A stretch of DNA of 64,000 nt, taken from positions 31,134-95,133 of the forward strand of contig CAWGED010000007.1 in NCBI GenBank assembly GCA_963821525.1, read 5' to 3'. Each line of letters begins with the position of its first letter. Position 1 is the stretch's first letter. The DNA is from an uncultured Gemmatimonadales bacterium (GTDB lineage: Bacteria; Gemmatimonadota; Gemmatimonadetes; Gemmatimonadales; GWC2-71-9). Below the pieces are notes generated by a model, which ran no database searches, was not told the DNA's origin, and saw only the letters and a list, made by a program, of their open reading frames with translations. Positions 51,523 to 64,000 of this stretch are shown piece by piece. Both the position numbers and the translations under genes were made by a program.

Positions 51523-52563
51523 TCACACGTTGAACCGGATACTCATGATGTCGCCGTCGGCGACGACGTAGTCCTTCCCCTCGAGCTTGAACTTCCCCGC
51601 CTCCTTCACCGCGTGCTCCGAACCGTGCGCGATGAAGTCCGGGTACGCCATCACTTCCGCCCGGATGAAGCCGCGCTCCAGGTCGGTGTGGATCTTCCCC
51701 GCCGCCGCCCGGGCGTGGGTCCCGCGCGGGATCGGCCAGGCGCGCACTTCGTCCTCCCCCACGGTGAAGAAGGAGATGAGGTCCAGCAGCTCGTAGGCGG
51801 TGCGGACGAACCGCGCCCGCGCCGACTCCGTCAGGCCGAGGTCGGCGAGAAAGGCGGCCTGGTCGGCGGGATCCAGCAGCGCGATCTCGGCCTCGACGCT
51901 GGCCGAGAGCACCAGCCCGGCCGCACTCAGCGCGGTCAGCCGCTTGGCCAGCGGCTCCGGCATCGGCTGGACCACCTCGTCCTCGCTCCGGTTCAGCACC
52001 GCGAGCAGGGGCTTGTCGGTGAGGAAGGCGAACCCCGTGAGCATGTCGCGGTGCAGGGCGGTCTCGGGCAACGACCGGATCGGCCGCTCGGCCTCCAGCG
52101 TCTGCTTCATCAGCTCGAAGGCCGCAATTTGAAGGGGGTCGGTCTTGTCCTTCTTCGCGCGGTCCAGCTTCCGCTCCACCATTTCGAGGTCGGCCAGGAC
52201 GCACTCGGTGTAGAACGCCTCCAGCTCGGCGGCGGGATCGGCCTTCGCCTCCACCGCGGGATTGGGGAACGCCCGCAGCACCAGGCACAGCACGTCCTGC
52301 GAGCGGATGGGCTCTAGCGCTTTCCGCGAAAGACTCTTGTGTTCGCCGCCGTGCTCGCCGGGGATGTCGCTGAAGACGATTTCGGCGTAGGTCGTCTTCT
52401 TCGGCTTGAAGATCGCGCTGAGCCGGTCGATGCGTTCGTCGGGCACTTTTGCGGTGCCGAGATGGACCGACCCGCCGAAGCCGGTGGGGATGTTCAGGCC
52501 GGTCAGGGTATTGAACACTGTGGTCTTTCCTGAACCGGCGAAGCCAACAAGACCGATCTTCAT
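51523..52563 (-). CDS. YchF-like ATPase (DUF933), divergent paralog
   Basis: GFAGSGKTT, VPDERIDRL, DIPG, FFTVGEDEVRAW, AAGKIHTD.ERGFIRAEV, EGKDYVV.DGD. Confidence 0.9.
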   Translation of the reverse strand: MKIGLVGFAGSGKTTVFNTLTGLNIPTGFGGSVHLGTAKVPDERIDRLSAIFKPKKTTYAEIVFSDIPGEHGGEHKSLSRKALEPIRSQDVLCLVLRAFPNPAVEAKADPAAELEAFYTECVLADLEMVERKLDRAKKDKTDPLQIAAFELMKQTLEAERPIRSLPETALHRDMLTGFAFLTDKPLLAVLNRSEDEVVQPMPEPLAKRLTALSAAGLVLSASVEAEIALLDPADQAAFLADLGLTESARARFVRTAYELLDLISFFTVGEDEVRAWPIPRGTHARAAAGKIHTDLERGFIRAEVMAYPDFIAHGSEHAVKEAGKFKLEGKDYVVADGDIMSIRFNV

Positions 52564-52895
52564 CCTGGCGCTGGTGCGTGAGACGGTCGCGCGGGCTCGG
52601 GGCGGAGGACCTTGTGGGCGGCTTCCGTCAAGTCGGCCTCCATGGCCGGAGACAGGGATGTCCGAGAGTCGCCCAAACATACGGGCCGGGCCCGGCTCAG
52701 CCAGTTGGCGGGTCGGCGCCCGGTGGAGCCGTGGCGCGGCGCCTGAAGGAATAGGCAAGCATCGTCCACGATTAGGCTGAACCCAGCCAGGCGGAGAGGC
52801 TTACCTTCGTTCCCAGCAGATGAAGAGAGGGAGCAGGAATGAGCAAGGTTAAAAGGGGCGCGACCAAAGCATTGAAAGAAACGGAGCATATCGTC

Positions 52896-55018
<2,123 letters not shown>

Positions 55019-55069
55019 TTGATCCCCCTTTCGGTGATCTGGGGTCTGGTGAGCGGAGAACTCATAAGC

Positions 55070-56921
55070 CTACTTCCCCAACCCTACCCGATCCAGCAGG
55101 CGCTGGAACCGCTGGTCTCCGCGCAGGAAATCGTACGCGGGATTCACCTTGAGGGTCACCATTTCGCTCGAGCGCTCCGCCAGCGCCTTCTCCAGCCAGG
55201 CGAGCGTCTCCTCCTTGTCTTTCGCCCCGGCATACCCCCACGCGAAGATGCGGGCCTGGACCGAGTCGCGCGGGCTCGACCGCACCATCTCTTGAATGGC
55301 GCGCCGCGCCTCGGCCATCCGGCCGGCACACCCGTACACGTAGGCCAGGGTGGACCAGTGGACAGGCGCCTGCACTATCGGCCGCCAGCGCTCCTCTTCC
55401 GCGAGCGCCTGGTCGAACATCCCTTTGTCGGCGTAGGCCGAGACGATGAGGTGGGCCCGACTGATATTGGGGTCGATCGCGAGCACCGAACGCAGCTTCT
55501 CGATCGCGAGATCGTACTGCCGCGAGAAGTACAGGATGGCGCCGTTGTCGGCCGCGATGATGAGGGACAGCGGATCGAGCTCGCGCGCCCGCCCGCTTTC
55601 ACGGAGGGCCTCGTCGAACCGTCCGCGCCACATCAGGTGCTCCGCATACCAGTGGTGGGCGGTGGCGTAGTTGGGATTCAGCGCGATCGCCTGTCGGAAT
55701 TCCCGCTCGGCGGTCTGCCAGTCCAGGTCATGGTTCTGGACGATCAGCGCGAGGGCGGTATGCGCCTCCGCGAGGGAGGGATCCAACTCCAGCGCCTTGA
55801 GCGCCGCGGCCCGGGCCCGCGCCACCAGCTCCTGCTCCGGCTGAACGGTGTAGACGGCGTGCACCACCTCGGCGGAGGCGAGGGCCGCCCAGCCGCGGGC
55901 AAAGCCAGGATCCCGCTCGTAGCCCGCTCGAAGTAGGAGACGGCGGCCTCGATGTCTGCCTCCGTCCGCTGGTTGAAGAAGTACTGCCCTCTCAGGAAGA
56001 GGTCGTAGGCCTCGATATCCCGAGCGGGAGCCGGCGTCTCGCGGCTCGGGGCCGGCACGGGGTGCCCGAGGCTCGACTCGATCGCATCGGTGATCTCCTG
56101 GCAAGCTCGCCCTGCAGCGTCAGCAGGCCGGTCAGCTGGCGGTCATACTCCTGCGCCCAGAGCTGCGCTTGGTCGCTGGCCCGAACGAGGTGGGCCGTCA
56201 CGCGGACCGTGCTCGAGTCCCGCCGCACGCTGCCCGTGAGCACGTACTGCACGCTGAGCTCCCGCGCGATCCGCTGCGGTGGCGCCTGGCTGTTCTTGTA
56301 CTGCATCACCGATGTCGGGGCGATCACGCCGAGGACCGTGGGGTCGCGATTCCCGAGCTGGGCGATCATCTCCTCGGTGAGGCCATCGCTCAGGTACTCC
56401 TGTCCCTCGTCCCCGGTGAGGTTCTGGAACGGAAGGACCGCGAGCATGACCCGTCCATCGCGGGGCGCGGCGTGTCCGAGCGGGCCCACACGATGGCGCC
56501 GCGCGAGGAGGAGCGTCACGCCGCGGCGAGCGCGGGCCAGGCCCATGCTCGTGGCGGGGCTGGACGGGAGACTGTCGGCCGGGAGCACCGGCGCCACGAA
56601 GCAATATCCTCGGCCGGTGATGGTCTGGACGAATTGGGGCTGTTCGGAATCGTCCTTGAGGACCTGCCGGATCTTGCGGATAGCGCCGTTGATGCTGTTG
56701 TCCACATCGAGGAAGGCGTCCTTCCCCCAGATGCGTTCGGCGATCTCTTCCCGGGTGACAAGTTGGCCTCGCCGATCGGCCAGGAGCAGGAGGATTTCCA
56801 GCGGGATGCGTTCCAGCTTCACCCGTCGGCCCGCGCGCCGGAGTTGGTACGCGGCGCGGTCCAGCTCAAAGTCCTCGCCGAAGCGAATGGATGATGGGGC
56901 CTGCTGTGGATCGGAGGCCAC
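55070..56921 (-). CDS. Winged-helix (OmpR/PhoB-type) + TolB-like + TPR regulator (frameshifts)
   Basis: FELD...L.R.G..VKL, LVTREEI...IW, IQT..GRGY, LAVLPFQNL, TPR repeats. Confidence 0.85.
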
Positions 56922-57115
56922 GCCGGGTCCTCGAGAGAGGCTGCGTTGCAGAAGTCATGAAAATTAAGACGGCCGACAGGTCTCCACTATTGCCGTCGGA
57001 GCGGAGCGTTCGCAAGACTGGAATCGCCGTTCCACCCCCTCGCCGGACCGACCGAGGTGTCGCCACCAAAGGCTCGCAGCCGTCGGGGGATCGCTGTCTC
57101 ACGGCAGGGGGACCA

Positions 57116-58635
57116 ATGACGACCGCCATTTCACTAACCCACCGGCAAACCTGGCCGGGCTTCCAGGGGAAGCGGGTCCCCCTGGTACTTCTCGCCGCGA
57201 CCGCGCTGCTCCTGGCCTGCGGGCCGGACCGCACGCCCCTCTCGCCCACCAGCCGGCCGGACCTCGCGGCCGGTGCAACAGGCGGCATGTTCCTGTTGCC
57301 CGACCCCACCGGCCAGATCGGGACGGTCAGCACCGACCGGTGCTATCGACGCCGGCAATCCCTTCTTCCAGAGCCTGGGCACCAACGGGCGCAGCTGCGC
57401 CACCTGCCACCTTCAGAGGTGACGCCTTCGGCCTGAGCGCCCAGGCGGCGCAGGCCGCCTTCGCGGCAACCGGCGGGACGGATCCGCTGTTCGCCGCGGT
57501 GGACGGAGCCAACTGTCCGTCGGTCACCGTCGCCGCCGGCGCAGCGGGGCACAGCCTGTTGCTGGGGCAGGGGCTCATCCGGATCCCGCTGGCTGTCCCG
57601 GCCGGTGCCGACTTCACGGTCGCCGTGGTCCACGACCCCTACGGCTGCGCCCTGGCGGGGTCTCCTTCGCAGCTCTCGGTGTACCGCCGGCCGCTGCCCA
57701 CGACCAATCTGCGCTTCCTGAGCGCCGTGATGTTCGACGGGCGGGAGACGATCCAGCCCCTGACCGACAAGACCACGTTCAAGGCCAACCTGAAGACCGA
57801 CCTGGCGCACCAGGCGATGGATGCGACGCTGGGACACGCCCAGGCCACCGCGTCGCCCACGGCCGCGCAGCTCAGCGCCATCGTGAATTTCGAGCTCGCG
57901 CTGTTCACGGCCCAGCAGGTGGACAACTCCGCCGGCGCGCTCGAGGCCCAGCGGGCGACCGGCGGTCCGGACGCGCTGGTCAGCGCGCCCTTCTACCCGG
58001 CATCAACGACCCGCTCGGCGACAATCCCAAGGGCACCGCCTTCGATCCCAACGCCTTCACGATCTTCGCTCCGTGGCAGGGCCTGAGCGGCTCGGCCCGC
58101 TATGTGGACGCGCGGAAGGCGGTCGCGCGGGGGCAGGTCGTGTTCAACACCCATCCCCTCTCGATCACCGACGTTGCGGGCCTCAACGATGCGCTCGGCG
58201 CGCCGGTGATCAACGGTACCTGCACCACCTGCCACGACGCCCCGAACGTCGGCAACCATTCGCGTCCCGTCCCGCTCGATATCGGGACCAGCCATGCCGG
58301 CTCGTACGAATCTGATGCCCACGTCCTCGCTGCCCTTGGGCAGCTGACGGTGCCAGACCTGCCGGTTTACCAGGTGACCTGCACCGGGGGGCCGCTCGCG
58401 GGAACGGTCCGCTACACCTCGGACCCCGGCCGCGCCTTGATCTCGGGCAAATGCGCCGACCTCGGCCGCATCAAGGGCCCGATCTTGCGCGGGCTCGCCG
58501 CCCGGGCGCCGTACTTCCACAACGGCGCTGCGGCGACGCCTCGCTGAGGTGGTGGAGTTCTACAACCAGCGCTTTCAGATGGGGCTGACGGACCAGGAGA
58601 AGGCCGATCTGGTGGCGTTCCTGAAATCGCTCTAG
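57116..58635 (+). CDS. Di-heme c lipoprotein, cytochrome c peroxidase/MauG-like superfamily (frameshifts)
   Basis: Lipobox LLAC, CATCH, CTTCH, K.P.LRGL..RAPYFHNG, EK.DLVAFL. Confidence 0.8.
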
Positions 58636-58670
58636 GGCCGAATGCGCACCTCGCCGTCGGCGCGCTCGGG

Positions 58671-58898
58671 TCAGCGTGCCCTTGGGCGACGAACGAAAAC
58701 GACCAACGTAGCCAGAGCGACGCCGAAGCACATGCCTGTGGCGATCAGCTGCACGACGTCGACTCCGCGAATCGTCGCGAAGCTGGGCTTGCCGACCATG
58801 CTGAAGAGGCTCAAGAGTCCGAACAACAACGGAACCCAAAGCGGGGCCAGTTGGCGCCGGCTCTGACGACGCCGATCCTCGTCCGTTTCCTGGCTCAT
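58671..58898 (-). CDS. Small two-TM membrane protein
   Basis: GAGGAGGAAG RBS; two hydrophobic helices. Confidence 0.6.
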   Translation of the reverse strand: MSQETDEDRRRQSRRQLAPLWVPLLFGLLSLFSMVGKPSFATIRGVDVVQLIATGMCFGVALATLVVFVRRPRAR

Positions 58899-58919
58899 GA
58901 CACTTCCTCCTCGCAAAGG

Positions 58920-59171
58920 GCAAACTCCAGCATCGGGTGACACGAACTCGGGTGAATGGTAGCAGGTTGCTGGAATCAGGCTGGTTACTAGCGGCCCCTC
59001 TGGATCAGGAGAGTCCTGGTTCACGCCCAAAGGTGGCCTTCGGCTCGAGCTCAGGAGGGGCAATGAAGCCCGGCAACAAGTCAGCTGTTGCCGGGCTTCG
59101 TTCACCTGCCGGTTTGAGTTCTTTGTAAGCCAGTGAGTGAGTTGCTCTGTGAGTTTCTACGGACTCACTAG
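58920..59171 (+). repeat. att arm, interrupted tRNA-Gln 3'-half, terminator and GTGAGTGAG arm
   Basis: Similar to 48438-48556, 48273-48309 and 48346-48385. Confidence 0.88.
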
Positions 59172-59264
59172 GTGACTGGAGCCACCCTCGTGCGCGTGTG
59201 AGGCCGTTCGCACTGCTGGAGCTTACCCCTACCCGACTCATGAACGGCCACCGCCTTCCGAGGG

Positions 59265-59792
59265 TCACACCCTACACTCCAGCGACCCAACATCTCTGGT
59301 CACCTTGAAATCACCGCTCGGCAGCGAGACGAAGTTGAAGAAGAACTGTCCTCTGAAGGACAGCCCCGGAGTCGGGCTGATGAAGTAGTATGTCTCATTG
59401 TAGGTGAAGACGAAGTTGGGCGCCGGACCCGTCGGCGAGTTGAAGCCCTCGTGATTGACGTCGTGCGACCGGTAAGTCGCGCCGGTAGCGAGACCAGTGC
59501 CCGTTTCGGAGACCACGACTTGGAGTTCATGGTGCAGGAAAAAACCCTCATCAGTGCCGACGAAATTGTCCTCCGCGGACAGCGTCCCGATCATGTGAAT
59601 GTCTTCACCATTGCATGGGCTGTTGAAGAAGATCTCATCCAGCGGGGTGATAGACGAGACATGATCCGTGATTTTCGCTGCCTGGGAGGTGAGAGCGGGC
59701 GCGTTCTCCGCGGTCGGACCGGACTCCGGGCCGCAGCCGGTCACGAGGGCGGCCGCCAGCATCGGCGCTATGGTCCATGTCAGTGAACGCAT
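59265..59792 (-). CDS. Hypothetical lipoprotein, tandem paralog 1
   Basis: Lipobox VTGC; SPCNGEDIHM.GT, GTGL.TGATYRS. Confidence 0.8.
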   Translation of the reverse strand: MRSLTWTIAPMLAAALVTGCGPESGPTAENAPALTSQAAKITDHVSSITPLDEIFFNSPCNGEDIHMIGTLSAEDNFVGTDEGFFLHHELQVVVSETGTGLATGATYRSHDVNHEGFNSPTGPAPNFVFTYNETYYFISPTPGLSFRGQFFFNFVSLPSGDFKVTRDVGSLECRV

Positions 59793-59988
59793 CGTTGGAT
59801 CCTCCGAGTCGGGTGTGTGAGACTGCTTCGTGGGCTCGCCTTCCCACTCACGCTGTTTTCGGTTGGCGAGCTGAGCCTAAGCGATAGGTCACCGCCGTGC
59901 ATGCTCTGGTAACTGCCGAGGGCCGCTGAGGTGGGTCCACGTCCTCAGATAGTTGACGCGACCTGTGGCCGTCAGCGCCTTCCGGGCC

Positions 59989-60507
59989 TCAGACCCGACA
60001 TTCCAGCGACCCAACATCTCTGGTCACCTTGAAATCACCGCTCGGCTGTTCGACGAAGTGGGTGAAGTACTGCCCTCTAAAGGACAGGCCTGCCGTCCGA
60101 CTGATGAAGTAGAAGGTTTCGGTAAAGGTGAGGGTGCGGAAGTCCGACTCAGGGGTCGGCGCGCTCCAGCTCTCGTGATTGACGTCGTCCGACCGGTACG
60201 TCGCCCCGGTGGTCAGGCCCGTGCCCGTTTCGGAGGTCACGACCTGGAGTTCATAGTGAACACCGGCGCCAGTGCCGAGGAACGTGTCCTCCGCCCTCAG
60301 GGTCCCGGTCATGTGAATGTCTTCCCCATTGCAGGGGCTGACGAAGATGTAGTCCAGCGGCGTGACGGAGGAGGAATGCTGCACCGGCATCGCCGCATTG
60401 GCCGTGAGCCCGGGCGCGTACTCGGCCGTCGGGCCGGAGTCGGCGCCGCAGGCGGTCAGCAGCGTGGCGACCAGTGGGGTCAGTCCGGCCAGTGTCAGGG
60501 ATTTCAT
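59989..60507 (-). CDS. Hypothetical lipoprotein, tandem paralog 2
   Basis: Lipobox LTAC; identical C-terminus SGDFKVTRDVGSLECRV. Confidence 0.8.
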   Translation of the reverse strand: MKSLTLAGLTPLVATLLTACGADSGPTAEYAPGLTANAAMPVQHSSSVTPLDYIFVSPCNGEDIHMTGTLRAEDTFLGTGAGVHYELQVVTSETGTGLTTGATYRSDDVNHESWSAPTPESDFRTLTFTETFYFISRTAGLSFRGQYFTHFVEQPSGDFKVTRDVGSLECRV

Positions 60508-60750
60508 CGTCAGGTTCTCCAGGTGAGGGAAGAAGTTCAGCGGGGCTGTCACCGCCATCCACTGTGTGAAGTGGCGCATCGGGGGCCCGCGGGGTAACGT
60601 CAACTGCAGGAGCTCCCATCTCTGAACACGGAAAACGAGGCCGAAACGGCTCAGCCGGCATGGCTGCGGCGCGGTTCATGGATGTAGTCCACCCCGGCGG
60701 GAACGCTCGGTGTCCGGCGCTCCATCCTTTCAGTGGTGCGCGGTTGCGCG

Positions 60751-61323
60751 ATGACCCCTAGATCAGACCACGTAGTGACCGACCTGCTGCAGGCGTGGGC
60801 ATCGGGAGATCAGGGGGCGCTCGATGAACTTCTGCCGCTCGTCTACGACGAGCTGCGACGCCAGGCTAAGCGGTACATGCGTGCGCAGCCAGTCGGCCAT
60901 ACGCTTCAGACGACAGCGCTGGTGCACGAGGCCTATCTCCGACTGGTCGGTCAGTCGGACCTCGAGTGGAAGGGCCGGGCGCACTTCTTCGGAGTGGCCG
61001 CCAAGGCGATGCGCTCGATACTGGTTGATCACGCCCGAGCCCGTAGCGCGGCGAAGCGTGGCGGGGCGGCGCGTGCCATCACGCTTGGGGATGGAGGCGG
61101 AATCGCGGGAGTGCAGATGAGCGTGGACGTGCTAGCGCTCCACGCAGCGCTCGGGCAGCTAGCCGAGCTGGACCCGCGAAAGAGCGAACTGGTGGAACTG
61201 CGTTATTTCGGAGGGCTCGGGATTGACGAGGCGGCGGCCGTGCTCGGCGTCTCACCGGCGACGGTGAAGCGGGAGTGGATCACCGCGCGGGCCTGGCTAA
61301 GGCGTGAGTTGAGTGTCGCCTAG
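60751..61323 (+). CDS. ECF sigma factor, TIGR02999 (kinase-associated) type
   Basis: VT.LL.AW..GD..AL..L.PLVY.EL, HTLQTTALVHEAYLRL, VELRYFGGL, TVKREW..ARAWL. Confidence 0.92.
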   Translation: MTPRSDHVVTDLLQAWASGDQGALDELLPLVYDELRRQAKRYMRAQPVGHTLQTTALVHEAYLRLVGQSDLEWKGRAHFFGVAAKAMRSILVDHARARSAAKRGGAARAITLGDGGGIAGVQMSVDVLALHAALGQLAELDPRKSELVELRYFGGLGIDEAAAVLGVSPATVKREWITARAWLRRELSVA

Positions 61324-61338
61324 GGCGAGCGTGCCGGT

Positions 61339-63946
61339 ATGAGCCCGAACGAGCCTGCGTCACGGCCCACGCCCGAGCGCTGGCGCGAAGTCGAAGCCAT
61401 GTTCCTGGCGACGCGCGACCAAGAGTCGGACGAGCGGGCGGCGTTTCTCGAGCGGGCCTGCGGGGCGGATGTGGCCCTCCGGCACGAGGTCGAGTCGCTG
61501 CTCGCCGCCGACCGCGGGGCGACAGGATTCCTGGAGCCGCTGGGCGGGACCGTTTCTCCGATGCCGGACCTCGAGACCGCTGTGAGGGTCGGGTTGGCCG
61601 GCCGTTATGCGCTCGAGCGTGAGCTCGGGCGCGGCGGCATGGCGACGGTCTACTTGGCCGATGACCTCAAGCACCCTCGCCGAGTGGCGATCAAGGTGCT
61701 CGATCCCGAGCTCGGGGCGGTGCTCGGTGCGGAGCGCTTCCTGCGCGAGATCCGCATCGCGGCCCGACTCAGCCATCCGCACATCCTTCCGCTCCACGAT
61801 CGGGGACGCTCGACCTGGGCCTGGGCCGGCCCGTGCTCTTCTATGTCATGCCCTATGTCGCAGGCCAGTCACTGCGGGAGCGGCTGCGCGAGGAACTGCA
61901 ACTGCCGATGGAAGAGGCCCTCGGCATCGCCCGCCAGTCGCCGACGCACTTGATCATGCCCATCGAGAAGGCGTGATCCATCGCGACATCAAGCCGGAAA
62001 ACATCCTCCTCTCGGACGGCCAGGCGGTGCTGGCCGATTTCGGCATCGCGCGTGCTCTGGATGCCGCCGGGGGGGATCAGGTGACCGAGGCCGGGCTCGC
62101 GATGGGCACTCCGGCGTACATGAGCCCCGAGCAGTCCGCGGGGTCTGTCGGCCTCGATGGGCGGAGCGACATATACGCTCTGGGGTGCGTCGTATACGAG
62201 ATGCTCGGTGGCCAGCCTCCCTTCCCGGGGCCGACTCCTCAGGCGATTCTGGCCCGCCACGCCATGGACTCGGTGCCCTCGCTCCGGACACTGCGACCGG
62301 CGGTGCCTGTCCCACTCGCGCGAGTGGTCACCCAGGCGCTGGCCAAGGTGCCGGCGGACCGGTTTCTCACGGCGCGCTTATTCGCCATGGCCTTGGCTGC
62401 GCCGCCAACGGGCGAGAGCCAGGCGGTGCCGGGCGACGGTCGGCAACGGCGCAAGCTAGTGGCCGCCGTGGCCGGTCTAGCGATTGTGGTGGGAGGCGCT
62501 GCCGCCGTGCTTGCGCGCCGGTCGGCCGGGGTCAACTCGGGCCGCCCGCTGGCCGAGGAGGAGCGCTCGATTGCGGTGCTCCCCCTCGTCAATCTCACTC
62601 CAGGGAAGGAGAACGAGTTCCTCTCCGACGCCATCACCGGCGAACTGATCGACCAGCTCAGCCGAGTCGAGGGCCTCCGCGTGGCGGCCCGTGCCTCGGC
62701 CTTCGCGTTCAAGGGGAAATCACCCGACCCGCGGGAAGTGGGCGAGAAGCTCCACGTCGCCACCATGCTGGACGGAAGTGTGCAGGTGTCGGGCAACCGG
62801 GTGCGTGTGACCGTCGAGCTGGTGAACTCGCGGGATGGTCGCCGCGTGTGGTTCGACACCTACGATCGGTTCCTCACGGACGTGTTGACAGTACAGGTGC
62901 AGATCGCCCGGGCCATCACCGGCCCGCTCGAGCTCAGGTTTGTCACCTCGATCGGCACCCCGGTCGTGAGCGGTGCGAGTACGGACCAGGAAGCGCACAA
63001 GCTGTATCTGAAGGGCCGTCAATACTCCTACTCCTTCGATGGGGACGAACGTCGGCTGGCCGTCGAGTACTTCCGCAAGGCCGTGGAGCGGGACTCCAAC
63101 TATGCCCTCGCGTGGGCCGGGCTGTCCGACGGGTACAACCTGATGCTAGACGCGCTCGACTCGCGAGAGATGCCCGAAGTGCGGGAGCAGGCGCGCGCCG
63201 CCGCGCTGCGAGCGGTCGCTTTGGACAGCACGCTAGCCGAAGCACACGCGGCGCTCGGGAACATCCAGTACTTTATCGATTGGAATTGGGGTGCCGCGGA
63301 ACAGAGCCTCCGACGGGCGATCGCGCCAACGCCAACGATGCGGTGGCCCACCGGTGGTACTCGGCCCTGCTCACGATCGTGGGACGCTATCCGGAAGCAA
63401 TGGCGGAGGCCGAGCGCGCCGAGCGGCTGGACCCGCTCAACCCGTTCATGGTCCTCGGCACGATCTGGGCTTCCACCACTGCGCGGGATTATGGAGGGGA
63501 GCCGCGGCAGCTCGCCGGTGGATGGAACTAGACCCACATCCGAGCATGGGTACACGACGCTCGGCCGCATGCAGTTCTTCGAGGGGAAACAGCGCGAAGC
63601 GTTCGCGAATCTTGAACGGGGAGCGAAGCTGGAGAAGGGCATGCCCTACTCCGTGAACGCCCTTCGCCTGGCATGGGCTTACGCCGCGTCGGGCCAGCGC
63701 GAGAAGGCACGACAAATCCTCGGCGGGGTTCAGCGGGAACCCGGGCGAGCTTGGCCACCCGAGCACCATGTTCGCCGCAGTCTACGCCGCCCTCGGAGAC
63801 CGAGAGAGCGCATTCGACTGGCTCGAACGCGCGTTTGCTGGCGTGAGAGCGAGATCGAGATGATGGGAGCCATGCCAGAACTCGACCCGCTGCGCGGTGA
63901 TCCCCGCTTTACCAGCTTGCTGATGCGCATGCGGATACCGACGTAG
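61339..63946 (+). CDS. Ser/Thr protein kinase with TM, TolB-like and TPR domains (frameshifts)
   Basis: LGRGGMATVY, VAIKVL, IHRDIKPEN, DFGIA, GTPAYMSPEQ, SIAVLP..NL. Confidence 0.9.
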
Positions 63947-64000
63947 GCATGATCTGGTGCCGCATCGGATTTTCCGGTGGCGGCGCTTTCCCTGTTTTGA

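Noticed and set aside
52570..52895. ncRNA or leader peptide between the ychF-like and aldo/keto reductase genes
   Set aside because: A compositional shift suggests a cargo junction, but I found no supportable structure or repeat

Overview
High-GC bacterial chromosome segment. The gene content and style (RCC1/Ig-like lipoproteins, TolB-TPR Ser/Thr kinase, DUF4384) suggest Gemmatimonadota, which is inference only. About 20 genes carry 1-bp indels, most likely long-read assembly errors. Positions 1-47,300 are mostly core genes (pit, mntR-mntH, crcB-nadE, mutY, mlaEFD, rnz, tRNA-Ala, Prx), plus an N6-adenine methyltransferase + SF2 helicase pair. Intergenic spaces are full of inverted arms built from 7-nt (sometimes 8- or 9-nt) tandem repeats. 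One pair of arms encloses a four-helix-bundle (IVP/Avd-like) gene, and several are associated with a REP-like palindromic doublet. From tRNA-Gln(CTG) at 47,327 to the window end lies a tandem array of cargo segments. These are separated by repeated copies of the tRNA 3' half (starting at the anticodon loop) with conserved flanking arms and terminators. The array includes an apparently empty ~285-bp unit, and no integrase is visible in the window. Coordinates for frameshifted genes and repeats were counted by eye and may be off by a few bases.
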